Shown in pieces: positions 26,320-39,950 of a DNA stretch of 64,000 bases (its first letter is position 1; every line of letters begins with the position of its first letter). Where the stretch lies: the NCBI RefSeq assembly GCF_006345805.1, contig NC_043018.1, positions 6,448,001-6,512,000 on the forward strand, written 5' to 3'. The notes beneath the pieces were generated by a model that did not search any database, was not told the DNA's origin, and was given only the letters and a program-made list of their open reading frames with translations. The position numbers and the translations under genes are program-made. This DNA comes from Octopus sinensis. Taxonomy: Eukaryota.

Positions 26320-26690
26320 CTTACCAACCACATGGTTCCGGGTTCAGTCCCACTGCGTGGCATCTTGGGCATGTGTCTTCTGCTATAGCCCCGGGTCGAC
26401 CAATGCCTTGTGAGTGGATTTGGTAGACGGAAACTGAAAGAAGCCTGTCGTATATATGTATATATATATATATATATGTGTCTGTGTTTGTCCCGCTAGC
26501 ATTGCTTGACAACCGATGGTGGTGTGTTTACGTCCCCTTCACTTAGCGGTTCGGCAAAAGTGACCGACAGAATAAGTACTGGGCTTACAAAGAATAAGTC
26601 CTGGGGTATTTTGCTCGACTAAAGGCGGTGCTCCAGCATGGCCGCAGTCAAATGACTGAAACAAGTAAAAGAGTAAGAGTAAAGAGTAAT
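26320..26690 (+). mobile_element. SINE family A copy (5'-truncated)
   Basis: Match to the family; another full copy at 27280-27670(+). Confidence 0.88.
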
Positions 26691-27949
26691 GTATCATTCT
26701 ACAAAACAAAATATATAGTCTGTGCTATGCAGTGGGACTGAACCCAGAACCGTGTGGTTGGGAACCAAGCTTCTTACCACACATTACACAAATATTCATA
26801 TACACATGTCGAACTTCTATACAGTTTCTTCACCCTCAAAGTATTGGTCGGCCCTGAGCTGTAGTAGAAGGCGCTTGCCCAAGTATTTGGCAAAATATAG
26901 TTTGATGAAATTTTATGCAGCACGGATTTTTGTCAGTGAACAGGTCGCGGTCTTAAAGCGACGAAAATATTTTGACAAATTAAACTTAAATGTTGAAGTG
27001 AATCGAACGGCTTTTGGTGTGTTTCTTAAATGGCTTACAAACACCTTCCACGCTGCAATTGAAATTTTATTTATTTATTTTTTTTTTATGTTACAGAGGT
27101 TTAAAGTTTGGCTTTTTCTCCAGTCAGGAAACAAGATTTGGAAGCTATCATTTTGTGCGTGACATCACGTATTGTCAACATTTAAACAAATGAAATATTG
27201 GCAGGATTCTGCTTTACGCACACTATATAACCCCCTCATAGCTTTTTTAGTTTTGGAATTTTCAGAAAATTTTTGTATAGGGCGCAGGAGTGGCTGTGTG
27301 GTAAGTAGCTTGCTTACCAACCACATGGTTCCGGGTGCGTGGCATCTTGGGCGAGTGTCTTCTGCTATAGCCTCGGGCCGACCAATGCCTTGTGAGTGGA
27401 TTTGGTAGACGGAAACTGAAAGAAGCCCGTCGTATATATGTATATATATGCATATGTGTGTGTGTGTGTGTGTTTGTCCCCCCAACATCGCTTGACAACC
27501 GATGCTGGTGTGTTTACGTCCCCGTCACTTAGCGGTTCGGCAAAAGAGACCGATAGAATAAGTACTGGGCTTACAAAGAGTAAGTCCCGGGGTCGATTTG
27601 CTCGACTAAAGGCGGTGCTCCAGCATGGCCGCAGTCAAATGACTGAAACAAGTAAAAGAGTAAAAAGAGTATAGGGGAATTCATACGATTGTGATAAAGC
27701 TGATACCGCATGTATTTTAGGCATTTAATAAGCGACAAAAAGAACACATGGAAAGAACTTGGTAACATCTTGGCTTGTTAGTATGGAAACAGGCACCTAT
27801 ATGTCTAGCTTTCCATTGGATAAATTTACCCAAAATTTGCAGACTTTAAGAGCTATTAACTCTTTATTGATTTACGACGAACATGAATTTCATGTCAATG
27901 ATTACTTTACGAAACTACACAAATACACCAAATATGAAATCAATTGGAA

Positions 27950-29135
27950 CAAAAATTGAAGAAATTGAAAAGTGGCAACCTAACAGACAAGATCCGCTGT
28001 TGTTGTGGTTAAGAGGCTCCTTTCAGTGTTCCTCGACGAGATCGTCAATGTCCCTATCAACCTCAAGGCCCATGGACTTGCCAAGAGATAATATCTCCTC
28101 GACTACAGATGTCTCAGACTCAAACTCCTAGAGGTCTCTTTCGGATACGCAGCCAGGCCACAATTTCCTCCATGTAGAATTCTGCGTTCTCCTGTCAGGC
28201 TATGTCGATGATTTTCAGGCAGTTAACAATGTTGTGGTGCTCCTTCCAAAACTCACGAAAGGTTAAATTCGTATTTTCTGTGACTTCAAAGCACCGACGA
28301 AACAGGTGCTTGGTGTACAATTTCTTATCATCTGCTGGTCTATGGGGCTGCAAGATAGGAGTGGTGTTGCGTGAAAGGTGCAGAACTTTTATGAATTTAA
28401 ATTCGTCCAGAATATCATTTTCGAAATAATTAGAAGGGTGAGCAGGAGCATTGTCGAGGAGGGCCTTGAAAAGAAGGTCGTTCTCCAGAAAGTACTTTTT
28501 CACTGCTGGTCCGAAAACAAGGTCAACCCACTCGGTGAAGAAATGTCTGGTGACCCAGGCTTTAACGTTTGCCCTTCACATGACCTGCAGGCTTTCGGAA
28601 CAAGGAGCGGCTTAATCCTTCAAGTCTCTACTCGCATTGACACGAAGGGCGAGAGTTAACCTATATTTCACAGGCTTATGGCCTAGCATTTTCTTCTGCA
28701 GTTATGTAGCTTCTTTGGGGATTTTTTTTTTAATAAAAAGAGGCCAGTTTCATCACAGTCGAATACCTGTTGTGCGATGTACCCCTCGGCTGCGATGAGC
28801 TGACGGAATTCACGCACGAAATACTCAGCTGCCTTCGTGTCGGAACTCGCTGCTTCTCCATACCTGACGATGTTATGAACACCAGTCCTCTTCTTGAAAT
28901 TATCGAACCAGCCGCGACTGGCCTTAAATACGTCTGCTGATGTCTCTCCTCTGTCGATGTTCCAGGGTTCCGCTTCAGAAGATCCACATCCAGCGCTCGT
29001 GCTTTCTCGCGGATGATGGGTCTCTGTAATCGTGTCCCCCTGTGAGTTACTTCACGTTGATCCACAGGAGAAGCAATTTTTCCATCTCTTCGTGGACAGA
29101 TGTGCGTTACTTAGGGAACTTGGAGACAAACTTTG
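27950..29135 (-). pseudogene. Tigger/pogo-family transposase relic (multiple frameshifts)
   Basis: Fragments IIREKARAL, ASRGWFDNFKKR, QQVFDCDETGLF, KALL-DNAPAHP, NTTPILQP, KKLYTKHLF..FWK and LEVD..DDLVEEH match the Tigger1-like HTH (CENP-B) and DDE domains. Confidence 0.85.
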
Positions 29136-29216
29136 CTGTTGTAACTGCCGTTCAAAAGGAAAAGATCCACAATTAGACCCAGCTAATTGAAGAAATCCGC
29201 TCTTGAGCTATTCAGC

Positions 29217-29267
<51 letters not shown>

Positions 29268-30557
29268 CGAGGGGCGTTCAATAAGTAATGCCCCTGACCC
29301 ACTTCCCATAGCAGTAGAGCAACGAAACTTGGCACAGTTATTAGTCTTTTTCTACATAGGAACCACCAAGAGTTACGCATTTCTCCCATCGTTTGATGCG
29401 GCTCTGGAGGCCGTTTTTGTAGAAGAACCCAGCTTGGTCCTCCAACCTCAACGTGACTTCAGAAATCAAGGCTGCATCATCTGGGAAACGCTTTCCTTTC
29501 AAAAACAACTTCATAATTGGGAAGAGGTGAAAATTAGAGGGTGCAAGGTCAGGAAAGTAGGGGAGATGGGGAGGAGTTCATAGCCATACGCCTGTGCTTC
29601 TGATCTGGCGACAAGCGAGTTGTGGACCGGAGCGTTGTCCTGCAGGAGGAGGATGTCTTTGCTGATCTTGCCCCGCCTCTTGATTTTGATAACTTCTCTT
29701 AATTTCCTCAAAAGTGAAGCATAATAGGCTCCTGGAATTGTGGTACCCTTTGCCAGGAAATCTGTCATCACTACTCCGTCCTGGTCCCAGAAGACTGTGA
29801 GCATGACCTTGCCAGCGGAGGGCTGCACCCTTGCCTTCTTTGGAGGGGGTGAGTCACGGTGCTTCCACTGCATTGACTGGGCTTTGGTCTCTGGATCATC
29901 GTGATGGACCCAGGTTTCATCCTGTGTAATCAGTCTTTTGAAAAATTTTGACTCATCTTCTTGGCACATCTCCAAATTCATCCTCGAGCACTCGACGCGT
30001 TCTTGCTTCTGGAAAGGCGTGAGCAACCTGGGAATCCATCTGGCAGACACCTTTTGCATATGCAAATGGTCATGAATGATAGTTTCCACAGACCCGGTAC
30101 TAATCTTGACCTCATGGGCTATTTGGCGAATAATTATGCGTCGATCTTCCAAAATGGCAGCCTCAACTTGACGGACAGATGCCTCATCAATGGCAGAAGG
30201 GGGCGACCAGATCTGGGAGCTGTTCCACAGAGTTCCGACCATGTTTGAATTCACGATGCCAGCGTTTTACAAGGTCATATGATGGGGCATCATCACCATA
30301 AGTTACTTTCATTTCATCAAAAGTCTCCCGTGGTGTGCGTCCTTTCAAATACAAAAACCGGATCACTGCTCGACACTCAACAGGCTCCATTTCACACTTG
30401 ACTCGGTTCAAACACCTGTAAATCAGAAACCACAATTAATTCAGAGCTGTAATTTGCCACTTAATCTATAAAGATATAAATGATTGCACATGCAAAATTT
30501 CAGCTAGATCAAACAATTGCAAGTGGGTCAGAGGCATTACTTATTGAACGTCCCTCG
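29268..30557 (-). mobile_element. Full-length mariner (1290 bp, irritans/Hsmar2-like TIR) inserted in (TA)n
   Basis: TA|CGAGGGGCGTTCAATAAGTAATGCCCCTGACCCACTT ... AAGTGGGTCAGAGGCATTACTTATTGAACGTCCCTCG|TA. Confidence 0.95.
29341..30390 (-). pseudogene. Mariner DD34D transposase, frameshifted
   Basis: ATG at 30390 (MEPVECRAVIRFL), WIPRLL, ITQDETW, LLQDNAPVH, then a frameshifted SPDLAPSDF region and TAA at 29341-43. Frameshifts near 30200-30230 and ~29570. Confidence 0.92.
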
Positions 30558-32544
30558 TATATATATATATATATATATATTATATACACTATTCGGGTAA
30601 ATCCATTCTGCCAACTGAAATACTAGCAGAATCACTGTAAATGTTTCTGCTCCGTAGATTTTAAACTATGTTAAATCATTCTGAATGTCCTTTATTTTGA
30701 AATTCATGAATTCGTCTGATACTGTTATTTATCGACCCCGAAAGGATGAAATACAACGTTGACCTCGGCGGAATTTGAACTCAGAACGTAACGACAGACG
30801 AAATACCTATTTCTTTACTACCTACATGGGGCTAAACACAGAGAGGACAAACGGATTAAGTAACTGGTACTTATTTAATCAACCCCGAAAGGATGGAAGG
30901 CAAAGTCGACCTCGGCGGAATTTGAACTCAGAACGTAGCGGCAGCCGAAATACCGCTAAGCATTTCGCCCGACGTGCTAACGTTTCTGCCAGCTCGCCGC
31001 CTTACTGTTATTTATATATGTCACGTAACTGACCCCCGTGCTGGTGGCACGTAAAAAGCCCCTTTCGAGTGTTGGCCCTCACAGAGGCAATGACCGAGGC
31101 CATTAGCATTAGTCGTGCTTGAGAAGACCCATCAAGCCAAGTAAAATCGCAGTCGTGTCAGATAGCGGTGTCATGCAACTGGCACCCACTACACTCTCGG
31201 AGTGGTCGGCGTTAGGAAGGGCATCCAGCCGTAGAAACACTGCCAAACCAGACTGGAGTCCGGTGCAGCCCTGGTAAAACCGTCCAACCCATGCCAGCGT
31301 GGATAACGGACGTTAAATGATTATGTATGTATATATAATCTGTTTATCTCCCCAACAACCGGTGCTTGTGGGTTTGCGTCTACATAACTTAGCGGTTCTG
31401 CTAAAGAAACCGATAGAATAAGTACCAGGCTTTAAGAAAAAAAAGTACTGGGGTCGGTACATTCCACTAAAAATTCTTAACGAGGGGCATATTCATACGG
31501 CACACAATGTTTTTCACCTCAATGGACGTCATTGATTGGTTGAAATTGCAGAAATTGAAGAAAAAAAACAACAAATATCTTACAAACTACAGAATTTTCT
31601 CAATAAAGCCAAGAGAAAAAGATGTTTTATAAACACATTCTACCAGTATACGAAGTTTAAAAGTGTTTAATTACATGGAAATTATTTTAAAATCTGCCGT
31701 TCAAACGGAAAAGATCCAAGATGCGAACACACAATTGCTCATTGTGTCGCTCAGTGATACTGAACTCGAAACCACGTGGTTGTTAAACGAGCTTCTTAAA
31801 CACAGAAGCCGACGGGCCGTACCTGAGGCAGAACACCCGTTCTCAATTTATTTGCCATAAATATACGGAAAACTCTTCCTTCTCTTCGCCATTATTATTA
31901 TTACATATCCCGCATTCTATACAGACAATACACAATATGTATGTGACATGCAGACGAGAAAGTGCGCTGCCGACCCACATAATACACAGACAGACGATCA
32001 GGCAGCAGCCAGGAAAGACAAGGCATGGCCTATTTGGTCATTTAAATGGCGGTAGTAATATATACACATATATACGTGTATATATGTGTGTGTGTGTGTG
32101 TGTTTATCACTAAACCGGGGTGTTGCTGACTGTTTGTAATTATTGAGACTAAACCCACTACCACCCTTCACTTTCTGTCGCTAAGAGATATATATATGTA
32201 TATATATGTTATGTGCCGTAGTATATTATAAAAGCCGTAACAGACTTGGAATAAGTAAAACTGGGTCATCTGTCCCTTGTTAAGTTAAAAAGTTTTTGTG
32301 TTTAATAAAGAAGCACTCTGCGGTGACGGAGGTGTCGAGGGCGGGCTTGGTCACACAGATATGTTCTTTCTTTCTTTCTCTCTCTCTCTTTCTCTAGTAA
32401 ACCACTCACGCGCTCGCGCACTCACACATTTAAGCACGTATATTTCATGCATGAAATGTATGTTACGTATGGGTAAACGCTTTCATGCCTTGCTGTGCCA
32501 TCTGCAAATTTTCGGAGAAGTTATGTGTGTGTGTGTGTTTTTTT

Positions 32545-34025
32545 TCCCTTTTATTTGTGTTTCCGTCATTTGACTGCGGCCATGCTGGAGCATCATCACC
32601 TCAAGGGGTGGGGGGGGGTTAGTCGAAGAAATCGACCTCCAGGACTTATTCTTTGTAAGCTTAGTACTTATTCCATCGCCGTCTGTTTTCCGAACTACTA
32701 AGTTACGGGGACATAAAGACACTAACATCGGTTGTCAAACGACGGCGGGAGTACAAACACAGAAACACGCACACAAATGTAACGTGTGTGTGTGTGTATA
32801 TATATATATGTATATATATATGTATGTAATATATATGTATATAATATATATGTATATATATATTATATGTATGTATATATATATATGTATGTATATATAT
32901 ATGTATGTATATTATATATGTATGTATATATATATGTATGTATATATATATATGTATGTATATAATATATGTATGTATATATATATGTATGTATAAATAT
33001 ATGTATGTATAAATATATGTATGTATATATATATGTATGTATATATATATGTATATATATATATATATGTATATAATATATATGTATATATATATGTTAT
33101 ATATATATATGTATGTATATATATATGTATGTATATGTATATATATATATGTATGTATATATATATGTATGTATATATATATGTATATATATATATGTAT
33201 GTATATATATATATGTATGTATATATATATGTATGTATATATATATGTATGTATATGTATATATATGTGTATGTATATATATATATGTATATGTATGTAT
33301 ATATATATATGTATGTATATATATGTGTATGTATATATATATATATATGTATATGTATATACATGTATATATATGTATATGTATATACATGTATATATAT
33401 GTATATGTATATACATGTATATATATGTATATGTATGTACATGTATATATATGTATATGTATGTACATGTATATATATGTATATGTATATACATGTATAT
33501 ATATATATATGTATATACATGTATATATATGTATATATATATGTATATGTATATATATGTATATATATATGTATATGTATATACATGTATGTATATGTAT
33601 ATATATATGTATATGTATATACATGTATGTATATGTATATATATATGTATATGTATATACATGTATGTATATGTATATACATGTATATATATGTATATAT
33701 ATATGTATATACACACACACACAATTGCAGCGTGGAAGATGTTTGTAAGCCATTTAAGAACACTCAAAACCGTTAATTTCACTTTAACATTTAAATTTTA
33801 TTTGTGTCAAAATACTTTCATCGCTTTGAAACCGCGACCTGTTCATTGACAAAACTTCCTTATGCACGACGAGCTTCTTTCAGTTTCCGCTTACTAAATC
33901 CACTCGCAAAGCTTTGGTCGGCCCGAGGCTATAGAAGAGCACATTTGCCCAAGGTGCCCCGCAGTAGTGTAACTGCCCGGAACCCTGTGGGAAGCAAGCT
34001 TCTTACCACCACACCGCTACGCCTT
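32545..34025 (-). mobile_element. Single SINE A split by a ~940-bp expanded microsatellite (32780-33722) and a 135-bp repeat
   Basis: SINE 3' half at 32545-32780 and 5' half at 33865-34025 flank the array. Confidence 0.8.
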
Positions 34026-35074
34026 GACAAAAAAAATTCTGCTTATTTTCATTTCATATTACCTTTTCTATGAATTTTGGACGCTTTCATTATTGGATTA
34101 AACATACCCTCTGTCTTTCTCTCTCTCTCTGGAATGGGTTTTGGTATTCAGTTTTTCTTTCCTCATGTTCGAAACGTTGGAGCTTTCCCGTTCCGAACAG
34201 ACGTACCCAACTTATATAATTTTACCCCAAAATAATATTATAGCTGAGAAGCAACATTTGTGACTCGCGGACGGAGTTTTCGTGCAAAATTCAGTTTGAT
34301 TTGTGCGTTTTGTACGAAATTTGGTCCTCAAGTCGCTCCTGTAACTTCTCACCTATAATAATTGTTCCAAATTTTGACAGCAATTTTAGGGGTAGAAGGT
34401 AAGTCGATTACATCGAACAACCACCCCTGAACTCCATTTTATCAACTCCGAAAGGACTAAAGCATATATAATAATATAATAATAATTCTTTCTGCAATAT
34501 GCACAAGGTCTGAAATTTTGGGAGATGGAGCTGGTCAGTTGTATTGACTCTAATGTTCGACTGGTTGTTATTTCGGCGATCCCGAAAGGATGAAAGTTAA
34601 AATGGACCCGAACGGAATTTGAACCCAGAACGTAAAGACACATGAAATAGCGCCAAGCATTTTGTTCGGCGTGCTAACGATTCTGCCAGTTCGCCGCTTA
34701 ATAACCAAACACGCTCATTTGTAATAAACAGTTCTCTCCTCCCTTTAACACACACACACACGCACCGGTTTGGTATGACAGAAAAAATAGTACTCAATAC
34801 ATGACTGTATGTATGTATGTATGTATTCGAAACACGCATTTAGTCGAAACAGGGGCAGCTGATGTAGGGGAATGTTCCTTGTATTGTTTGTTTTGTACTC
34901 TGTTTTTTCGTTGTTAAAAAAAAAAGTCCGTTTCCTTGTTTGATTTTATGGTTTCGTTTCTCGTTGTGTTCTACGTTTATTTGTGGTGTCCTGTACTCAT
35001 ATATACATATAGATGTAGGTATGTATGCATATGCTTTATTTTATTAAATTGTTAGTATATATATATATTCATAC

Positions 35075-35117
<43 letters not shown>

Positions 35118-35219
35118 AACCTTAAGCATTGACACAGTTTTAACATAGACAGAATGCCAAACATCGTCTCCTTGTTTCCCCTCCTATTTTCCCCCCGGTA
35201 GCTTAAATGACATAACCCC

Positions 35220-35460
35220 TCACTCACTCACTCTCTCTCTCTCTCTCTCTCTCCGCTCTCATTTGTATTTTATCACCCTCTCACTTTCCCTCCTACCGTT
35301 TCCTTCCACTTTACACTGCTCTCTATCACTCCACCCTCTCTCTCTTTCTTTCTATCTCTCTCTCTCTCTCTCAGACCCTTCGCTCATATTTCCCTCCCAC
35401 CCTCATAACCACATCTCCTCCTCCTCTTCCTCTCTCTACGGTTCTCCTTCTCTTTCTCAC
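35220..35460. repeat. (CT)-rich polypyrimidine tract
   Basis: Direct reading. Confidence 0.9.
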
Positions 35461-35948
35461 ACATGTCTAAGTCTTATTACATGAAATTTACCAAAATTCT
35501 GTCACTTGGCAATTCCGGTATGGCTTTCTTTAAACATGTTTTATGGACTACTTTGAAAGTTTTTTCTCTCTCCCCTTCCATCTATGTTTGTCCCCCCGCT
35601 TTGTTGATCGTTCTATTGTCTAGATTTTGTAAGGTAAAGTTCCGTTGAGGATGGAACCTGTCCGGCCTTGCACTCTTAGTCTACAACATATCTTGCTTTT
35701 TTTCTGTGATCGACTCCAGTTCTTTGTCCGAAAGTGGGGTTCTATGTTCATTGTCATCATTCCACTTATTGTGTCTGTCTATCTGTTTGTCTTTGTATGT
35801 GTGTGTGTGTATGCATAGATATATTTATATATATATAAACATGTTTTATTCGAATTGACATTATTATAAGTTTAACCGACGCTAAAAGCACGTCCGATCG
35901 CACTTAAAGGATATCATATATACCCACATGCATATATATATACCCACA

Positions 35949-35992
<44 letters not shown>

Positions 35993-36479
35993 GGGTTCAG
36001 CAAAAAAAAAAAAAAAAAAAACTTTACCACACACCGAACTGTTAGAAATAGCAGCCAAAGAATTTAGCAATTTCCTCTACCATAAGAAGTCTCCCAGACA
36101 ATGTGTGTATATATATATTTATTTATATATATATATATATGATATATATATATATTATATATATATACAAATTGAGATAGGGGTTGTAAATGCAACCCTC
36201 CATGGGATAACATATATCCAATATACTGCTAGTGAAGTACCCAACAAAGTTAATACATAAATGTTAATGATTGCGATGCAATCAATTCATTTACTGTATT
36301 ATATGGGCGTATATATATATATATATACATACATACATACATACATACATATACGCGCGCCCTCATATAAAACACGTTTTGACTGTATTGTTAATCTTTC
36401 TGTTGTACACTTCGTTCATATTCAAATGCTGTATTTTTCTGTTTCTCAATTTGTAAACACACTAACACACACACATATA

Positions 36480-37041
36480 TATACACATACACGAGCCGAC
36501 GAGAGCGCGCCAACTACGACGTTCGAATTGCTAGAAACAACAGCCCAAATCCCTTTCAGCTAACAAGCATACACAAACACACACATCCCCCCCCCCCTCT
36601 ACCATCTTTAACCCGGAATAATAAGGATAACGACCCCTATAGATACCCACTAAAGACAAAACACGGATGATCGACCATTCTACTGGAATGCCTTCGGCTA
36701 TAGATTTCCACAATCGGAATTGGCCTTGGGCTTAAACACAGATAACATATTTAGACATATTGTTTATAGATATATATGGTTTGGTCTGGAAGAAGGGATC
36801 TTCGGCGTCCTTGACCTTCGCAGCCCCCTTTTTAAAGCCGGCGCGACAGACACGGTGTAATACTCCAAATCAGTTGTATTGGGGATTTGGTTGCAGAAAA
36901 AAAGGTGTGCACGAAACGGTTCTTGCAGCCTGACCTTCTTGGGGAGAAAGAACCAGAATAATAATGTATCTGTATATTTATGTTTCTGTGTATATTTGTT
37001 TTTGTATGTATTTATGTGTGTACTGTATGTGTATGTATGTA

Positions 37042-37089
<48 letters not shown>

Positions 37090-37700
37090 TAAAAACGGTA
37101 AGATAACAAAAGAATGAAAGAGACCTCAATATATTGTAAATAGAGGAAATTTACACACACACACACACACACACGTTTGTTCCCGCGCTTGTTAGCCCAA
37201 GTATATATTGATCGAACGGTGTGTATATTTTTGCTATACTGTAAACTTATATTCGGTTACACACACAGACGCACACACACACACGCGCGCACTTTACCTC
37301 TCGCACACACGCATGCACTTCTAAAGAACACTTGAACTTGTCACGTGACCGTGTTATGAAACTGTGTTTTGGAAAAAAAAAAGAAAAAAAAAACCGTTCG
37401 TAACATAATTAGTTGCGTATTTGCATGTTTGCGCTTGTTTTTGCCTGTGACTGTGCTTAACCCGAGAAGGTCTGCGATGCTGTTTAACTCTGAGTCAACC
37501 TCCACCGAGCAGGCCTGGCTATGTATGATCAAAAGCTGTCTATCCCGATCATATTTTGTCTTTTATTCGAGGGCGATTTGGTTGCTATTTTTAGCGATCT
37601 CATCGCAGACTGCCTCGTTGGATCCTGTACCTTGGTTTTTGTTTGTACATGCATTATATCTTATTTAAGTAAACATTAGTATCTGTCTCCTCATCTCTCT
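36480..37700. promoter_or_regulatory. Promoter-like non-repetitive CpG-containing island with palindromic E-box GTCACGTGAC (37340-37349) and octamer ATTTGCAT (37419-37426)
   Basis: Many CG dinucleotides (GCGCGC, GCCGGCGCG, ACGCGCGC), no SINE sequence; motifs read directly. Confidence 0.5.
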
Positions 37701-37892
37701 CTCTCTCATGCTTGTTTGTTGTATTTGTATATTTCTTCTGCTGGTTCCTGTCATTGACCTACAGCTAAAAGTACTATAAATCGATCATATCGACTCCATT
37801 TGATAGATTATTCCAGTCTGCTATTGATTTTACCGGTGTGTAGTTAGAGAATACCCTCATTATCTTTCGAAATCACACACTGAATTGTAACC

Positions 37893-37933
<41 letters not shown>

Positions 37934-38050
37934 TTATGTTCCGTTATTATAAAAACAATTTTACTTTTATTTTGATGGGTTACTCTATACTTTTGTGGAG
38001 TACAAATTTATTATTCTTAAACATGAATATTATTGATAGTGACTTCGAAA

Positions 38051-38368
38051 TTTCCGCCAGTTAAGCAATCATCGGTCTCTCCCTCCCCCTCTCTTCCTAC
38101 ACACACACACACACAGATATGTATATATAAACACACACTTGACCTTCCGCTGTCCACAATCCCAGATGAACCTATATCTGAAATGACGGCGGCAATATCA
38201 AACTCTGTTATTCTTCCAAAGCCAGCCACATAAGAATGGTTCATCTGGGATTGTGGACAGCGGGAAGGTCAGTTGTGTATTTATATATACACATATGTAT
38301 GTATGTTTGTGTGTGTGTTGAGGAAGAGAAAGGGAGGGAGAAACCGACGATTGCTTAACTGGCGGAAA
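38051..38368. repeat. Long fold-back: arms 38051-38172 and 38238-38368, 65-nt loop
   Basis: Outer stem 44/48 identical; inner ~33-bp stem has one indel; microsatellite segments in the middle of each arm. Confidence 0.92.
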
Positions 38369-39059
38369 AGGCGATGAAAATGGCGGTGCCCCAGCTTGGC
38401 CGTATTTTTGGGGCTGGAACACGTGAAGGAGAATAGATATAAAATATATTTCACACACACGTTATGTGGACATCCTTATGCTAGAAATAGATCCGCTATG
38501 GTCTTACCACTAAGAAACGTTCTCGGGAAAAATTTAGCAAAACAACCAAAACGTAATCGAGCAAGACAAGAAAAAGCAATAAAAATATTGATTATCGATG
38601 TTAATTAAATTAATATCTAATTTCTCACCCTCATTTTAAATACACACACACACACACACTCACACACTCACACACATATATATTATATAATGAAATTGTG
38701 TATAGTGCTCAGATGCACAACACATACATATGTATGTATATAAAATGAATGTATGTATACATATAATTTTGTTTCATATACTGTAGTGAAAGATGCCCTA
38801 AACGCGCGCTCACACACACAATGTCGGATGTGTGTTTTGTTGTTAGTGAAGGTCTTTGTTTTGAGTGAGTCGTGTGTGTGTTGAAACTTTTAGTGTTTGT
38901 TTAGTGTTTCGTTGCTCTGAGTTCAAGTTCTGCCGGTTATTGGTATCGATTATCTCCTTGGTGGTACTGAGATGGATGGAGGAAGGCAGCTGTTTATGAG
39001 ATGGTCAGATAGAAAGTGCAGAGCAGATGTTGGAAGACAACCAGACAATTAGAGAGAAT

Positions 39060-39527
39060 GATAGACGAAGTTGTGAAGTAAGGAGGAGTAGGAGGGAGAA
39101 ATAGAGAGGAGGAGGAGGGAAAAGGTGGAGAGAGAGAGAGAGAGGGGAGAGAAGAAAATATAGAGGTGACAGACATGGGTGGAGGGGTGTGAGATGGTGA
39201 TGAGGTAGTGAAAGCTTGAGAGAGGGGGAGATGTAAAAGGCAGATGTAGACATCAGAGAGGAGTTATATGAACTGATGTTGTGGGGAAGTATGGATATAT
39301 ATAGAGAGAGAGGGAGAGGGAGGGAGTAAAGACAGTGATAAAGAGAGAGTAAAGATATTGCTAGAGAGGGAAAGAGAGAATAAAAGCATTGAGGAAGAGA
39401 GTAAAGATATTGATGGGAAAAGAGAGAGACAGAGAGAAAGAAAGAAGTTGATGGAGAGAGGTGATAGTAAAGAAGCTGATGACAATAAGATATTGATGAT
39501 GGTGGTATAGAGAGAGACAGTAAAGAT

Positions 39528-39561
<34 letters not shown>

Positions 39562-39950
39562 TGTGTGTGTAAAGATAGACAGAGAGAGTGTGTGTAAAGA
39601 TAGAGAGAGAGAGAGAGAGAGTAGAGATATTGAGAGAGAAAGAGTAAAGATGTTGAGAGAGAGAGTAACGGTTGCTAGAGAGAGAGAGAATAAAAACATT
39701 GAAGAAGAGAGTAAAGATATAGATGGGAAGAGAGAGAGAGACAAAGAAAGTAAAGACATTGCTAGGGAGAAAGAAAGTGATTGAAGGAGAGAGAGTAAAG
39801 GTACTGATGATGAGAAAAAAGTAAAGATATTGATGAGGGGAGAGAGAGAGAGAGATTGATGGATGGATGGCCATGGAGAGAAGATAAATATGCTTGCAGT
39901 GGCAGATGATTGAAGAAATGAGGAAAAAAACCCTGGTTGGAGAGTATGAG
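39060..39950 (+). repeat. ~900-bp polypurine (GA)n tract with ~10 copies of a GTAAAGA module
   Basis: Direct reading. Confidence 0.9.

Noticed and set aside
32703-33849. ORFs of 211-359 aa rich in Y/I/H/T/M/C/V (also at 1453-1882, 11027-11541 and elsewhere)
   Set aside because: They are translations of (TA)n/(TG)n microsatellites, which lack stop codons in several frames.
34800-34870. GAAAC and CTGATG fragments next to a Penelope-like AT-rich repeat
   Set aside because: No CUGANGA core in a workable order or pairing; at most a decayed relic.
36531-37129. Minus-strand ORFs near the promoter-like island (MWKSIAEGIPVEW..., FLPKKVRLQEPF...)
   Set aside because: No true ATG in good context, no recognisable domain and no clear splice partners; treated as possible UTR or non-coding sequence.
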